Shown here: positions 27,085 through 39,019 of the stretch, piece after piece
Position numbering within the stretch: the stretch's first letter is position 1
Layout: each line of letters begins with the position of its first letter
Source of the DNA: Felis catus
Lineage: Eukaryota
Direction of reading: 5' to 3'
Length of the DNA: 64,000 bases
Assembly (NCBI RefSeq): GCF_018350175.1
Contig: NC_058375.1
Span: 160,022,001 to 160,086,000, forward strand
Position numbers and translations under genes: made by a program
Notes under the pieces: model-generated
Databases searched by the model: none
What the model was told of the DNA's origin: nothing
The model's input: only the letters and a program-made list of their open reading frames with translations

Positions 27085-27291
27085 GGGGGGCGCCTGGGTG
27101 GCTCAGTTGGTTAAGTGTCTGACTTCAGCTCAGATCATGATCTCACCTTTCATGAGTTTGAGCTCCATGTTGGGCTCTGTGCTGACAACTCAGAGCCTGA
27201 AGCCTGCTTCGGATTCTGTGTCTCCCTCTCTCTTTGACCCTACCCTGCTTTCTCCTCTCTCTCTCTCTCTCTCAAAAATAAACATTAAAAA
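27085..27291 (+). mobile_element. CAN-SINE
   Basis: ggggcgcctgggtggctcag head, (CT)n, tail. Confidence 0.92.
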
Positions 27292-27829
27292 CACAGTCTT
27301 TTGGCTGTGTTTTCTCCATCAATGTATTTTTCTGCTACTTTTCTAATGTTGTGGATAGAGACTTAGATAATTGTTTTTTTAGTTTTCCTTCTTTTCTAAT
27401 ATATGCACTTTATATGCTAAAAATTTCCTTTTCAGCATGGCTTTTACTATATCTTACAAGTTGTGACAAGTTTTATTTCAATATTAATCTAAAATATTTT
27501 CTGACATCCTTAATGATTTCTTGTTTGCATGATGGAACTCTGTAAGAGTATATTTCTTAATATACAACAAGTGAATTTTCTACTTTTAATCTTGTATTCA
27601 TTTCTAGCTTGATTCTACTGTGGCCAGAGAATATACTCAATATCATTTCAGTCCTTTGAAATTTGCCGAGAGTTGCTTTGCGGTCCAACATTTGGTCAAT
27701 TTTGCTTAATTTTGCGTAAGCACTTGAAAAGTTTTACTTTTGCTCACAATTTGCCTGTTCATTTCTGGTACTCTCCTGTGGCCTGTTTATCTTAGTGGTG
27801 GTTTGTCTTGTTTCCTCTTAAAAAAAAAT

Positions 27830-28815
27830 TAAACTGTGAAATATAGCATGCATCCCGGAAAAAGCATAATTCAAAAAATTGCCACAAAACAACCACACAA
27901 CCCATCATACAGGTCAAGAAATAGAATATTATCAGCATCTGAGGAGCCACGTATGTATGTCTTTCTGTTTACAGTTTTACCTCTTTTCCAAGATGTCACC
28001 ATTATCCTGATTTATAATAATTTTCCTGTTTTTCTTCATAAATGTACTACCTCTGCATGCATCTCTACAGGGTTTATTTGTGCCTCTTTATAGAACTACA
28101 CTGTATATATTGTTTTGTGTCTTGCTTTTTTCCTCAACATTAGGTATATAAGTTTCATTTATGTTGTTTTATGTATTTCCAGCTACTGTGTAGCATTCAG
28201 TTGTATAAAAATTTATTTATCCATTCTGTTGCTGGTGGGCATTTGGGTTGTCTTCAGTTTGGGGCCAATTATTAACAATACCACCATGAGTGTTCTTGTA
28301 CATACTTCCAGATGCACATGTGTATGTATTTCTCGATGGTATATATCTTGGATTAAAATCCTTGGATCAGAGGGTATGTATATGTTCAACTTTATTGGAT
28401 GCCACACAATTTTGCAGAAAGATCATACCAGTTTATAATCCCCCCAGCAGTGTCCGACACTTAATATGGTCAGACCTTTCATTTTCTACCAATCTGATAG
28501 GCATGTATCCCATTGTGGTTTTAATTTGCGCTTCCGTAATGACTAAAGGTAGAGCTCCTCTTTGTTTATTGGTCATTTGAATATCAACTTTTGTACAGTA
28601 TCTATTAAAGTCTTTTACCCATTTTTCTATTTGGCTGTTCGTCCCATCAGTTTCTAATAGTAATGCTCACTAGGGTTTACTAATTATGTGTATTCTAGAC
28701 ATCTTTTCCTATCTTTTTTCTTTTTTTACTCCAATAATTCCTAATAATGGAGTCTTTTGAGGAACAGAAGTTCTTCATTTTAATGTGGTTAAATGCACCA
28801 GTCTTTTATGGTTGA
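27830..28815 (-). mobile_element. Old L1M fragment
   Basis: gggcatttgggttg, ccattgtggttttaatttgc, gaacagaagttcttcattttaatg. Confidence 0.7.
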
Positions 28816-28825
28816 GATAGTTTTC

Positions 28826-29243
28826 ATCTTTTTTAAACTTTATTTATTTAGAGAGAGAGTGAGAGAACAGGAGAGAGGGGCAGAGGAAGAGAGAGAGAAT
28901 CTTTAAAAAAAATTTTTTTAAATGTTTGTTTATTTGAGAGAGAGAGAGAGACAGAGCACGAGTGAGGGAGGGGCAGAGAGCTAGGGAGACACAGAATCTG
29001 AAGCAGGCTCCAGGCTCTGAGCTGTCAGCACAGAGCCTGATACAGGGCTCAAACCCACGAACCACGAGATCATGACTTGAACCAAAGTCGGACACTTAAC
29101 CGACTAAGCCACCCAGGCGCCCTGAGAGAAAGAGAATCTTAAGCAGGCTCCGTGTTCAGCTTGGGATCGTGATCACCCTAGGATCATGACCTGATCTAAA
29201 ATCAAGAGTCAGATGCTTAACCAACTGAGCCACCCAGGTGGCC
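28826..29243 (-). mobile_element. Nested SINEs: younger copy (approx. 28905-29122) inside an older CAN-SINE
   Basis: The inner copy is flanked by a duplicated gagagaRagagaatctt. The outer halves join into one SINE. Confidence 0.88.
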
Positions 29244-30594
29244 TTAATCTTCTTTTATAGATTCTTTACTGTCCTGGACCAGGAAGGTACTCTCCTACAT
29301 TCTTTCCCAAAAGCATTATAGTTTTGACTTGCTTATCTAGATCTACCAAATACGGATTTTTGTGTTTCTTTATTTCTTAAACATTTTATTCATCACTTTT
29401 CTATATTTTATTATTGATGCAGATTCTCACGAATGGTGGCTTGCCTTGCTCCCTCATGATCTTGATGATATTGTGTACTTGGTCTTAATCCATGAGACTC
29501 CCATAGCCCCCAACTGGGAAAGCTCTCCTCCAGAGAGGATTTGTTTCTATTTCTGCCTATAGCCAAAGCTGGCACCATCCTGGGGCCACTTCAGGGCTTT
29601 GGCTCAGTTCATCCTTCCCAACCTTGTGTTGGTCCAAGCCTCCATACCCTGACAGAAGTATCACTAGTGTCATCATTTCCCTCATGACAACTGTGTTTTT
29701 GTTTTTGCTTTTGAAGGAGAAAGGTCTGCAGAAACCTCCCGTACCTCTCGAGAGATTAACGATGCCTCAAAGAAGTGGGTTGTAATTAAGGTCCACTTGT
29801 TGCTTGGTGGATGGGTGCCTCGGTGCATCTGATTAGCCATAACACCGTACTTGGAAGTCCTTAGTAATAGATTTTGCGTAGTGCTCCAGATCCATACATA
29901 TAGAGCCTCATCATTGTTTTATAAGACTGCATAATGATCTGTTGTACAAATTGGGGAGGAGGGGCAGAGGGAAACACATGGCTCAGTCCCATGAACCCAT
30001 GAGATCCCGACTGGAGACGAAACCAAGAGTCAGGTTTGTATTTTTGGATTATCTTTTGATGTAGTGTGGGAAATGTGTGGCCTGGGGGAGGTGTGGCAAG
30101 AGTAGAAGCCAACCATGGGTGGTTGTTTGCTCATCTAGGTTTCATAACAGGGTTGCTGGAATTAAGCAGCACCAGAAAAGATGGAGAGAAATGAGTGGAT
30201 TTCTCAGGGGGTAGAATGGACCCATGTAGGGTCTAATAAGGGAAGACAACCTCAAAAGACTGCTCTCTCGCTCTCGCTCTCTCTCCAAAATAAATTTAAA
30301 ACAATTTTTTTTAATATAGAACAATAATATTCTTCATTGGCAATGATGTGAAGGGACATGATCATACAGTTCTGGTGAAATCGCTACAATCTTTTGTAGG
30401 ATAATTAAGCAATTTGGTTAAAAAAAATTAATGGGATAGATTCACTTTTAGGAATTTACCCTAAAGAAACAACCAGAAATGTAAAATTATCTATGTATAA
30501 AGACATTCATGAAGGCAATTTTCTAGTAGTGAAAAACTGTAAACAATATAAATGCCAATTCAACAAATAGGGAATTTGTTAAATAAATCATGGC

Positions 30595-30830
30595 AGTTTA
30601 GCATAGTATCGATGAGTGCAGGTCTGGAGCCAAAATACTTGAGTTTGGATCCCAATCCCGCTACCTCCCACTACCTCCTTGCTATAGGAACTTGGACAAA
30701 TTGACTGTTGCACAGCTCAGTTTCCCCATCTGTAAAATGAGGTTGTTGTAAGAATCAAATTATTTAATACACGGAAAGTTCATAGAACTGTGCCTGGGGC
30801 ATACTAAATTGTCAATAAGCGTTAGTAATT
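30595..30830 (+). mobile_element. MIR SINE
   Basis: Core ctcagtttccccatctgtaaaatgagg…agaactgtgcctgg. Confidence 0.8.
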
Positions 30831-31432
30831 CTCATGATGTTAGTATGATCATCAACCATTAATACTTACCGTGAAAGAGACCTACAATTATTCCATATTG
30901 ATAGATGGTGAAGGAAGGTTGAATCTCCATCCGGGGACCATGATGGTGGTAGGAAGGTCTGAGTGTTGGACGTTCTCGTACAAAATGTGGGTTCTGGGAA
31001 GAACAGCCAAGAGAGGGGAGGAGGAGAGGGCAACAAGACACCCATGACAAAAAAGTTCTGTTTGACACTCTTGCCTGGCCTGGCTATGTTTATAGAATAC
31101 ATCTACCAGATCGTCAGTAAATAAAGATTAAACAATCAAGGGACAGACAGGCTTTTATCCTTGAGGAAGTATGACACTCAGGACAATTCAGCATTTAACA
31201 ACAGCTCTGGATAAAGAGGATACAAGGTTTTTCTAGGTTGGTTTTCCAAAAGATGTATCAAGTTCTTCAAGTGTTGTTTTTTACATTCCTATCACAGCAG
31301 GATGGTGACTGCACTTTGTAAGATGTGAGTTGGATTTAGTTCATAGCTCCCCACCCCCCGCCCTGGATTTCTGGGTACAAGTGTTGAAAGTGCAAATTTA
31401 AAAGGAAAAGTAAACCTTAGAGGTCATTTTAC

Positions 31433-32130
31433 TCAGGCATTCTCAAACTTTTGTGTGCCAGGGACTCCTTCGGCAGGCTAAATAAAACCTATGGACCTCT
31501 CCCATGAATATTGTTTTAAAATATATAAAATTTTAAAAATATGTTTACAAATAAAACCAATTATGTTAAAACAGAGTTATGAGAATTTAAAAGAAAATTC
31601 TAATATAATAGCATACGTGCTTTGTTATTGATGCATTAATAAGATCTGCTAATAACTGCTGAAAAATGCTGAGCATAAATGGTATATTAAGATATCCTTA
31701 ACAAGTCTTTTTCTTTCTTTTCTTTTTCTTTTCCTTTCTTTTTTTTTTTAGAGAAAGAGAGAGCATAAACAGGGGAGAAAGGCAGAGGGAGAGAATCTCA
31801 AACAGGCCCCATGCTCAGCACAGAGCCCAACATGGGGCTCAATCCCATAACCCAGGATCATGACCTGGGCCGACATCAAGAGTCAATGCTCAACCGACTG
31901 AGCACCCAGGCGCCCTCCTGTAACAACTCTTAAGGAATAAAAATATCAGTAGTTTTTATTGGTGAAAGAGTATTAGCCACTATAAATACCAGTGGCGTTT
32001 GTTGTTTGCATTCATAATTAAAGAAATTGTTAAATTTCAGTTATAACTTAAGGAAATAAAGATGCAGTGCCCCACCCCCACCACGCCCCCCCCCCCATCC
32101 AGATTCTACCCACGGACCAGATCAAGAACC
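31433..32130. mobile_element. hAT-Charlie-like DNA transposon relic with SINE insertion
   Basis: caggcattctcaaact start and …caagaacctg end, AT-rich interior. Confidence 0.55.
31707..31914 (-). mobile_element. CAN-SINE
   Basis: Head and tail motifs, TSD approx. taacaaStctt. Confidence 0.9.
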
Positions 32131-32525
32131 TGGATCTAGTTCCAAGCCGTCCTGTCACTGCAGCCCGGTTTTTGGCCCCTGTAAACTGTCTGATTATATA
32201 GCAAGCCAGTAGCAGATTGAGGCCCCAGAGCAATGAATACTTCCTCATTTCAAACTGCTTCCTGTTGACTGGAATCTCAAGGATCTAGTCTTGGAGGCAA
32301 CATATAAATGACAGACGCCAAACTAAATTATTCTGGAGCAAAAATAAAATTTGGACTTACACCCTTTGCGTTTCTCTTTCAAAAGAACTTCTAACAGGAA
32401 TTCTAGTCTCTTCCCGAGATCCAGTGAGGTCAGTTTAAGTTGTTTGCAGATAGCTTATTCAACCAAATATTTGCGTATTGGACCTTCTTGTACAAAATGT
32501 GGTGCTAGAAAGAACAGCCAAGAAA

Positions 32526-32613
32526 GGGGCTCAATCTCATGACCCTGGGATCATGACCTGAGCCGAAATCAAGAGTCAGGATGCTCAACCAACTGAGGCA
32601 CCCAGGCATCCCC
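32526..32613 (-). mobile_element. CAN-SINE head only (3' half missing)
   Basis: ggggctcaatctcatgacc…actgaggcacccaggcatcccc. Confidence 0.85.
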
Positions 32614-33125
32614 TTTTCCATATTCTTGCTGCTCTGGCATTTGGGGCCTTGTGGACCTGGGGACTGCCCCTCTCAGGGTTAACTAATTCCTAGAGATAAC
32701 GATTTGCCTGCCAGCAAGCCTCTGATATGCAGATCATCCACTTCAGAGTCCTTTCCCCTATCCAGCTCTTTTATCCAATTCCAGTACTGTCTGGGCACTA
32801 TCCCCTACCCTAGTGACTACAGGGGCAGGTACCAGACCAACTGGGGGCCACCCCTATAAACCAGAGCCCATGGAAATTCTTCAAACTATCCAATCATAAG
32901 TGTGTTCCACTTGCCGATCTTGCCTTGTCCATTTCTTCCCTGGAAAACCACAATAAAGACTCCTCTTGTGTGGGTGCTTCCCTGCGTGGCCCTGCGTGGC
33001 CCTGCAGGGCATACTTGCAGTGCCTCCTGTTCGTAGGGGACCATGAATATAAAAAAGTAACTTCTTCCTTCATGACAGTCCTTTTCATGTCTGTGTCTCG
33101 TACTCACCCACACACAACACATCTC
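32614..33125 (+). mobile_element. ERVL-class LTR (MER74/MER73-like)
   Basis: caggtaccagac…ccagagccc…tcaaactatccaatc…accacaataaag motif string. Confidence 0.65.
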
Positions 33126-33265
33126 AACACATTTTTAGAATACACACCCTAAAATTAGAGCAGCAGCAAATAAGGTAGACCAAATCATCACCTCCAAGGA
33201 GTTTATAGTTTAATCTAGGGTTTATAAGTGTGTGGGGTGGGGAGGGCTCTAAAGTAAATTGAACC

Positions 33266-33466
33266 GGGGCGCCTGGGTGGCTCAGTCAGTTAAGCGTCCA
33301 ACTCTTGGTTAATCTCATGGTTTGTGAGTTCAAGCCCTGCATCGGGCTCAATAGCTGGCAGGGTGGAGCCTGGCTTGGGATTTTGTCTCTCCCTCTCTCT
33401 CTTCCCCTCCCCTGCTTGCACTGTCTCTGTTTCTCTCAAAATAAATAAACTTTAAAAAACATAAAA
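33266..33466 (+). mobile_element. CAN-SINE
   Basis: TSD approx. taaattgaacc. Confidence 0.92.
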
Positions 33467-34582
33467 AATAAATTGAACCTAGGTGTGATCAAACCCCATT
33501 CTTTTTTTCTTCAGCTGGTTAGTTCCTGCTAACCTATAAAGGTGGTAGATAAGAATGGGGGAATCAAAGAATTGAATCCCGTATCTCTTCTGCCTGGACA
33601 AAACTCCACCTGCTAATGTCTGGGCTGAGGAGATAGGCCCAGAGTAGGGCCATTGTAATTTTACTTTGCCAGATGATTAAATGATTAGGAAGAGTTATCA
33701 ATCCCTTTCCCAAGTGCTTCCTGCCTCACCAAACTCTCATGATGATGGAAGCAATTTTAAAAAGTAAATGGAGGGTCAGTTAGATCTTACAGAGCAGTAT
33801 GGCGTGGGTGAACAAAACTAATGCCTTGATCTAACCCCCTCCCCTCTATGTCCTACGGGGAAGAGGCCCTACTGAGTTAAGCCTTTGGCTTGGGCACCTT
33901 TTTAGGTGATTTCCTCGCTGCTTCTGTTCTCCCCAGACATCTTCCTCTTCTTGTGTTTGCCTCCCAGGCTGGTGTACCATTCTGCTCCCTCAGGAAGAGA
34001 GTTACTTTCTACCTCTTCCCAAACTGGGGTTCCTGAAATGAAGTCTATTCTTACTCCAGCCCTGCCCTCTTGGGGCAGGTAGACTCAGAGAGTCTCTTGA
34101 GTTAGGGAGGCAGTAGAGGCTGATTGCACAGCTAGTCTCCCCACAGCCAGAGCTGGAGATAATCTCCTCACCAGTTCTCTCAAAGGAGAAACACCTCAGC
34201 AAAGCATACATTTATTTTTTTCCCCAAAGACGGCACAGTCTAGCCTCACATAAGGAAGTATATTCCACCCATTAACATGGGTTTTTGTTCTTTTCAAAGT
34301 CCTAAACTCTGCTTCATTTTGCTAGGACACTGTGACCACTGCTTGGGCTTGGTTTACATCATGCGTCATGGTGTCAGCTGTGAGTCACTGAGACAGCTTT
34401 CTGATCCCCACATCTCCTGTACAGTAGAAGGGAGAACAGGAAGATGTGTGAGCTCATTCCTCCTACTTGTGGTTTTTTTTTCTTGTTTCATATATTTCTC
34501 TTTTCATAATATGTCCTAAAAAGGCATAGGCAATTAGGTGGGGCTAGGGGAAGAGTAGTATTAGGTGAGGTAATTTTTCTAC

Positions 34583-35040
34583 TTGTCTCTGTCAGGGTCC
34601 TGCAGGGAACAGTCGGTTTGCACAAAGGTTTAACCAAGGAGAGTGTAATAAAGGGAGTATTTAGAGAGGTGCAAACGGACTTAAGAAAACCCAACAAAGA
34701 ATGGTGAAAACAAGGGACAAGCAAGGGGGTGCTCAGCACCACATACAGGCCTTATATACGCAAGGAGGCATGGTGTTACTGAACTCTGGGAGAGCTATAG
34801 CTATGGAAGAGGGGCCACTCAAACATTGTTGTGGCAAAGGAATGCAACCACTGCAAAAACCATGGCCTAGCAAAGGGGCACAGATGGATAAGTAGGTTGA
34901 CCTCTCTTTCTTCCTGCCCTCTAATCTCCTTCAGTGTACTGGCCACAGCCAACTGGAAGCCAATGGGCAAGGAGCCTGCCAGGGCAGAAGGCAAGCCAAG
35001 GAAGGATGGAGAATGGAGGGGCAGAGTCCCCAACACACAG
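34583..35040. mobile_element. Old ERVL/MaLR-type LTR fragment
   Basis: tctgtcagggtcctgcagg start, aactggaagccaatgggcaaggagcc motif. Confidence 0.55.
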
Positions 35041-35829
35041 TCAATATTTGAATTAAAAAAACAGTCCACTTATCCAACAAGGCAATCCACTATGCACAAC
35101 TTATTATACTTGACATTAGAATTTTGGACTTCTGTATGCACCAAGAGAAATGCAACATTACCTCATGGAAATTCAGTAGATAAATGGCATATAGAACACC
35201 TGGTTCCTAATCTCATGACGGACGGGATTTGGATTTCCTTTCCCCACCCCTTCACATCCTATCTCCTTACTCTGAATTCTATGTTTGTCAGGAACAAACA
35301 AAACAAAACAAAATCTGTCAATATGTACGTGTTTGTAGCATCACAGGTTTTTAGGAAGGCTATTGTGTTCATTGCCCACCCTCCCTTCTCCCCCTACACA
35401 CATCAGAAATCCCTTTGAGAGCATTGCTGACAAGTTATCTAGTCAGACTTTGGTGACTAATTGTTTACCATCTCACAAGGGGAACTTCTAATATTGAACA
35501 ACTCTTGTTTTAAAAAGTTAATACTAAGCCACAACAATATTTATTAAAAATTTTCCTCTTTCAAGTGACAAGTTTTATCAAAGTTAGGTCTTTAAAGGAT
35601 GTTAGGAGACAAAGACCAAGCTTGAAAATTCCCCGAGCAAACAAAACCAGTTTAATTTACAAGCAAAGCTTAATTTAGCTCATTTTGCAAGACTGACTTG
35701 CCAAAGTCATTTCTTGCTTATGCCTCTGGAAATCATAAGCAAAACTTGAACTGTTTCTTAAGATCAATATAACCACTAATCAATTCCCTATCTTTTAAGA
35801 AAATTCTAGTATTAAAACCAATCACTGTG

Positions 35830-36006
35830 GAGCACCTGTGTGGCTTAGTCTGTTAAGTGTCCAACTCTTGATGTTGGCTCAGGTTGTGATCACAAGGCCC
35901 TGAGATCAAGCCCCAAACGGGTCTCTGAGCTGAGCGTGGAGCCTGTTTGGGATTCTCTCGCTCTGCCCCTCCCTCCCTCTCAAAATAAATAAATTTGAAG
36001 AAATAC
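35830..36006 (+). mobile_element. CAN-SINE
   Basis: Perfect TSD aaccaatcactgtg at 35816-35829 and 36007-36020. Confidence 0.92.
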
Positions 36007-36060
36007 AACCAATCACTGTGAAAAATAAACAATCACTGCTATCTATATAAGCTGCTTTAT

Positions 36061-36275
36061 TTTTTTTTATTTTTTTAACGTTTATTTTTGAGACAGAGAG
36101 AGACAGAGCATGAACAGGGGAGGAGCAGAGAGAGAGGGAGACACAGAATCTGAAACAGGCTCCAGGCTCTGAGCCGTCAGCATAGAGCCTGACGCGGGGC
36201 TCGAACTCATGGACCGTGAGATCATGACCCGAGCCGAAGTCGGACACTCAACCGACCAAGCCACCCAGGCGCCCC
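36061..36275 (-). mobile_element. CAN-SINE
   Basis: Perfect TSD tatataagctgctttat at 36044-36060 and 36277-36293. Confidence 0.94.
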
Positions 36276-36580
36276 ATATATAAGCTGCTTTATAACAATA
36301 CACCTATACTCCTGAACCTCATTCCATGTTTTGGGTTGAATGCTCCTAGTTTACAAACTGTCTTTTTGGTGTGTGTGCAATAAATACACTTTTACTAATC
36401 ACTGCTTCCATGATTCATTGGTTTTCTGTTCCTTCTGAACTTTTGAGAAGTTTAAAAGTTGAAAGTCTCTCAGTTTAGTTTCTAACTTCAAGATGATTGA
36501 ATACCATCCGTACCATTTGGCCATGTTTTCATTCTCCTGAGAAGTTTTGTTAAATGGAATCTGGAATTCCCCAGATGATT

Positions 36581-36730
36581 CTTCTTCTTTTCCTTCTCCT
36601 TCTCTACAGGTTCCATGCCCGGCATAGAGCCCAAAGTGGAGCCCAACGCTTGAACTCACGACCCTGAGATCAAGACCTGAGCTGAGATCAAGAGTCAGAC
36701 ACTTAACCAGCTGAGCAACCCAGGCACCCC
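36581..36730 (-). mobile_element. Older CAN-SINE
   Basis: Head motif, TSD approx. tggaat(t)cccaga(t)gattct. Confidence 0.85.
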
Positions 36731-37039
36731 TGGAATCCCAGAGATTCTTATTTTCTGCTTCTGTGGAGAAAAATTAACTCATGAGTGAAGTGCAGATGCC
36801 AAGTTAAAGGGGTGAAGTTAACTGGGAACAAGGAGTAGACACTTTAAGGAAGAAGAATAGGGACACAATGACATTGTTAAGGAACTGCTAGTTAAAGATC
36901 ACAAAGGAAGAGAAGCAGTATAAAGTTAAACAGGAAACGTTTGCAGCACCCAGGAACCAAAAAAATCTGAAAAAATAAAACTGGAAGATCTGGTGATAGT
37001 TTGTTTATTCCTACAGGTTTACTTGTCCCTTTTCCCCCT

Positions 37040-37420
37040 CTGTTGTATGTCCTGAGAAGCTAACCCTTACGGACTAGATCAATTATCCTCTGGCTTCTGG
37101 TTAGGGTCAGCCATTTGGGACTCTGGACAGGAGACTGGAGAGGAAGAAAGTACAGCTGGAATATTCATCTTGCCTCTCATTCTCCCTGTGGGGTTGCTGC
37201 AGGCTGGCTGTGTCCCTCAACTCAAGGCCATGACCTCAGTCATACTGCCCTCTTTACATAGCTCTGTCTCTGGATTCCAGTAACCCTCTTTCCTTCAGGC
37301 CTGGGCACTGCAAAATCCTTGTGGTTTCCCACACCCAGCCCACAACCTTGTAAATAGTCCAGCTCATTGCTAAATTGCCCAGTTGGAGTGTACCACCTGT
37401 TTCTTGCTAGGACCCTGGCA
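37040..37420. mobile_element. LTR33-like ERVL LTR fragment
   Basis: cctctggcttctggttagg…gctggctgtgtccctcaact…ttcttgctaggaccctg. Confidence 0.55.
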
Positions 37421-38815
37421 CACTCAGTTTGATTCATCTCCCCAACAAACTTTACTATTACATGCCAAGGAAGAAGATAATGATAAATTAGACAATACTC
37501 TCAAGAGGGCAGTTTGGGGAGCGGAGACAGCCACAGGAACAGATGTTTATATCACATCTTGATAAATGATGCAGCCAGGCATGGGATGGGGAGGTGAGTG
37601 GGTGGAGGCATAAAACAGAGGCAGGAGCAGATTCAGGGAAGGTTTCTTGGTGGAGATGGGAGTCAGGAAAATTTAGAAGCGAGCATGTGGATAGAGTGGT
37701 CATCTGGGTGAGAAGTTTACAACCATGGACATCAGGGGGGTAAGGGTGTGAAAGGATGAGTGGAGGGCTAGGTTGGGCCAGACCATTAGAAAACCTTGTA
37801 CTGCGGGGAGGCGCCCTTCTTTTCCATTTGCTTACTCTCCCTCTGTTTCTCCACCAAGGGAAAAATGATGACCTAGGTGAAGTCTGCAGCCTCCTGCTCT
37901 TAACCCTTGATCCTGCCCTATGACCAGGGCTTGACACTCCTGCTTCCTGGGCTGAAAACTGGTCTTTTCTGTTGAAAAGCACTTCCATACAGCACCTGCA
38001 CATTCTCAGGGCTTTCAAAATGGTACAACGACACAATACGGTAAACCAGTCCTCGGAGATGAGCTACAGGCGACGGCTAGAAGTGAACGTTCCCAAACGC
38101 ATTCTCGAAGCCCTAACAGCCAGAGCCACGTTTTCTTTAACAGCAGCAGATGACAACACCACGTCCCTTGTCTAATGGAGAAGGGTGACAATGATGCTGG
38201 AAAGAGGGCAAAAGAGTGAAGAAGCTTCACTTCATCAAAGCGGGGCTTTGTTACAAATAGGTTTGTGCAGGTGAGCGCATTTAAGATCCACTATTTCTGA
38301 CACTATATAGGCAAGTCCAAGGTCCAGACGATGTCTGTCTTCCCTGTCGAAAGCTCAAGCCGCGAGTAGTTTGCTTTGCTCGGTAGGGCCTCCTTGGCGC
38401 ATTCCTGGCATCGAAGACGGCCAATCCTCAGGGCTGGGGCTCTGGAGGCTTCCTTAATCCACATCGACACACAGTCCCATCTCTTCTCATAACCTAGAGC
38501 GAGCACCACTGCCTTCGTCTCCCCACAAATAAGAGACGAGGGCAGAGTCAAAAGCAAGCGGCGGGCATGGAATCCTCCGCGCTCTCTCGCTCTCAACGAC
38601 GAACTGGATCGGTTACCGGATGCTGGGCCAGGGGGCGGCCCAAGATCTCGGGGGTGGGGCGGGTTTCTGAGCGCGAGCTGCCCACCCTCGGGAGGCCCCA
38701 CACTCCGGCAGGCCCGCGAGGAAGCCCCTCCTCCCGGGCGGAGACGGCTCCCAGGAGTGCCCGGAGGCCGCCGCCGCCGCCTGGCAGAATTTCTGTCGCT
38801 GCCGAGGCGCGGAGT

Positions 38816-38827
38816 ATGGGGCTCTGA
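38816..38827 (+). promoter_or_regulatory. uORF (Met-Gly-Leu-stop) overlapping the CYBRD1 start codon
   Basis: gAgtATGGGGCTCTGATGGCCATGG. The A of TGA is the A of the main ATG. Confidence 0.7.
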
Positions 38828-39019
38828 TGGCCATGGACGGCTACAGGGGCTTTCTGGGGCTGCTGGTGTCGGCGCTGCTCGTCGGCTTCCTGTCCGTGCT
38901 CTTCACCCTCATCTGGGTCCTCCACTACCGGGAGGGACTCGGCTGGGATGGGACCGCGCTCGAGTTTAACTGGCACCCGGTGCTCGTGGTCACTGGCTTC
39001 GTCTTCATCCAGGGCATCG
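38827..39019 (+). CDS. CYBRD1: CYBRD1 (duodenal cytochrome b, cytochrome b561 family) coding exon 1
   Basis: [64 protein letters not shown], with the FNWHP heme-ligand His50. 193 nt, donor ATCG|gtactg, phase 1. Confidence 0.97.

Larger units (their letters stand above)
35600..36448 (+). mobile_element. Probable ERV solo LTR interrupted by two SINEs
   Basis: TGTTAGG start, then CCAAT (35818), TATATAA (36044) and AATAAA (36379) in LTR order. The 3' end is uncertain. Confidence 0.55.

Noticed and set aside
34831-35418. 195-aa ORF
   Set aside because: Non-ATG start, overlaps an old LTR fragment, and shows no homology or splice support.
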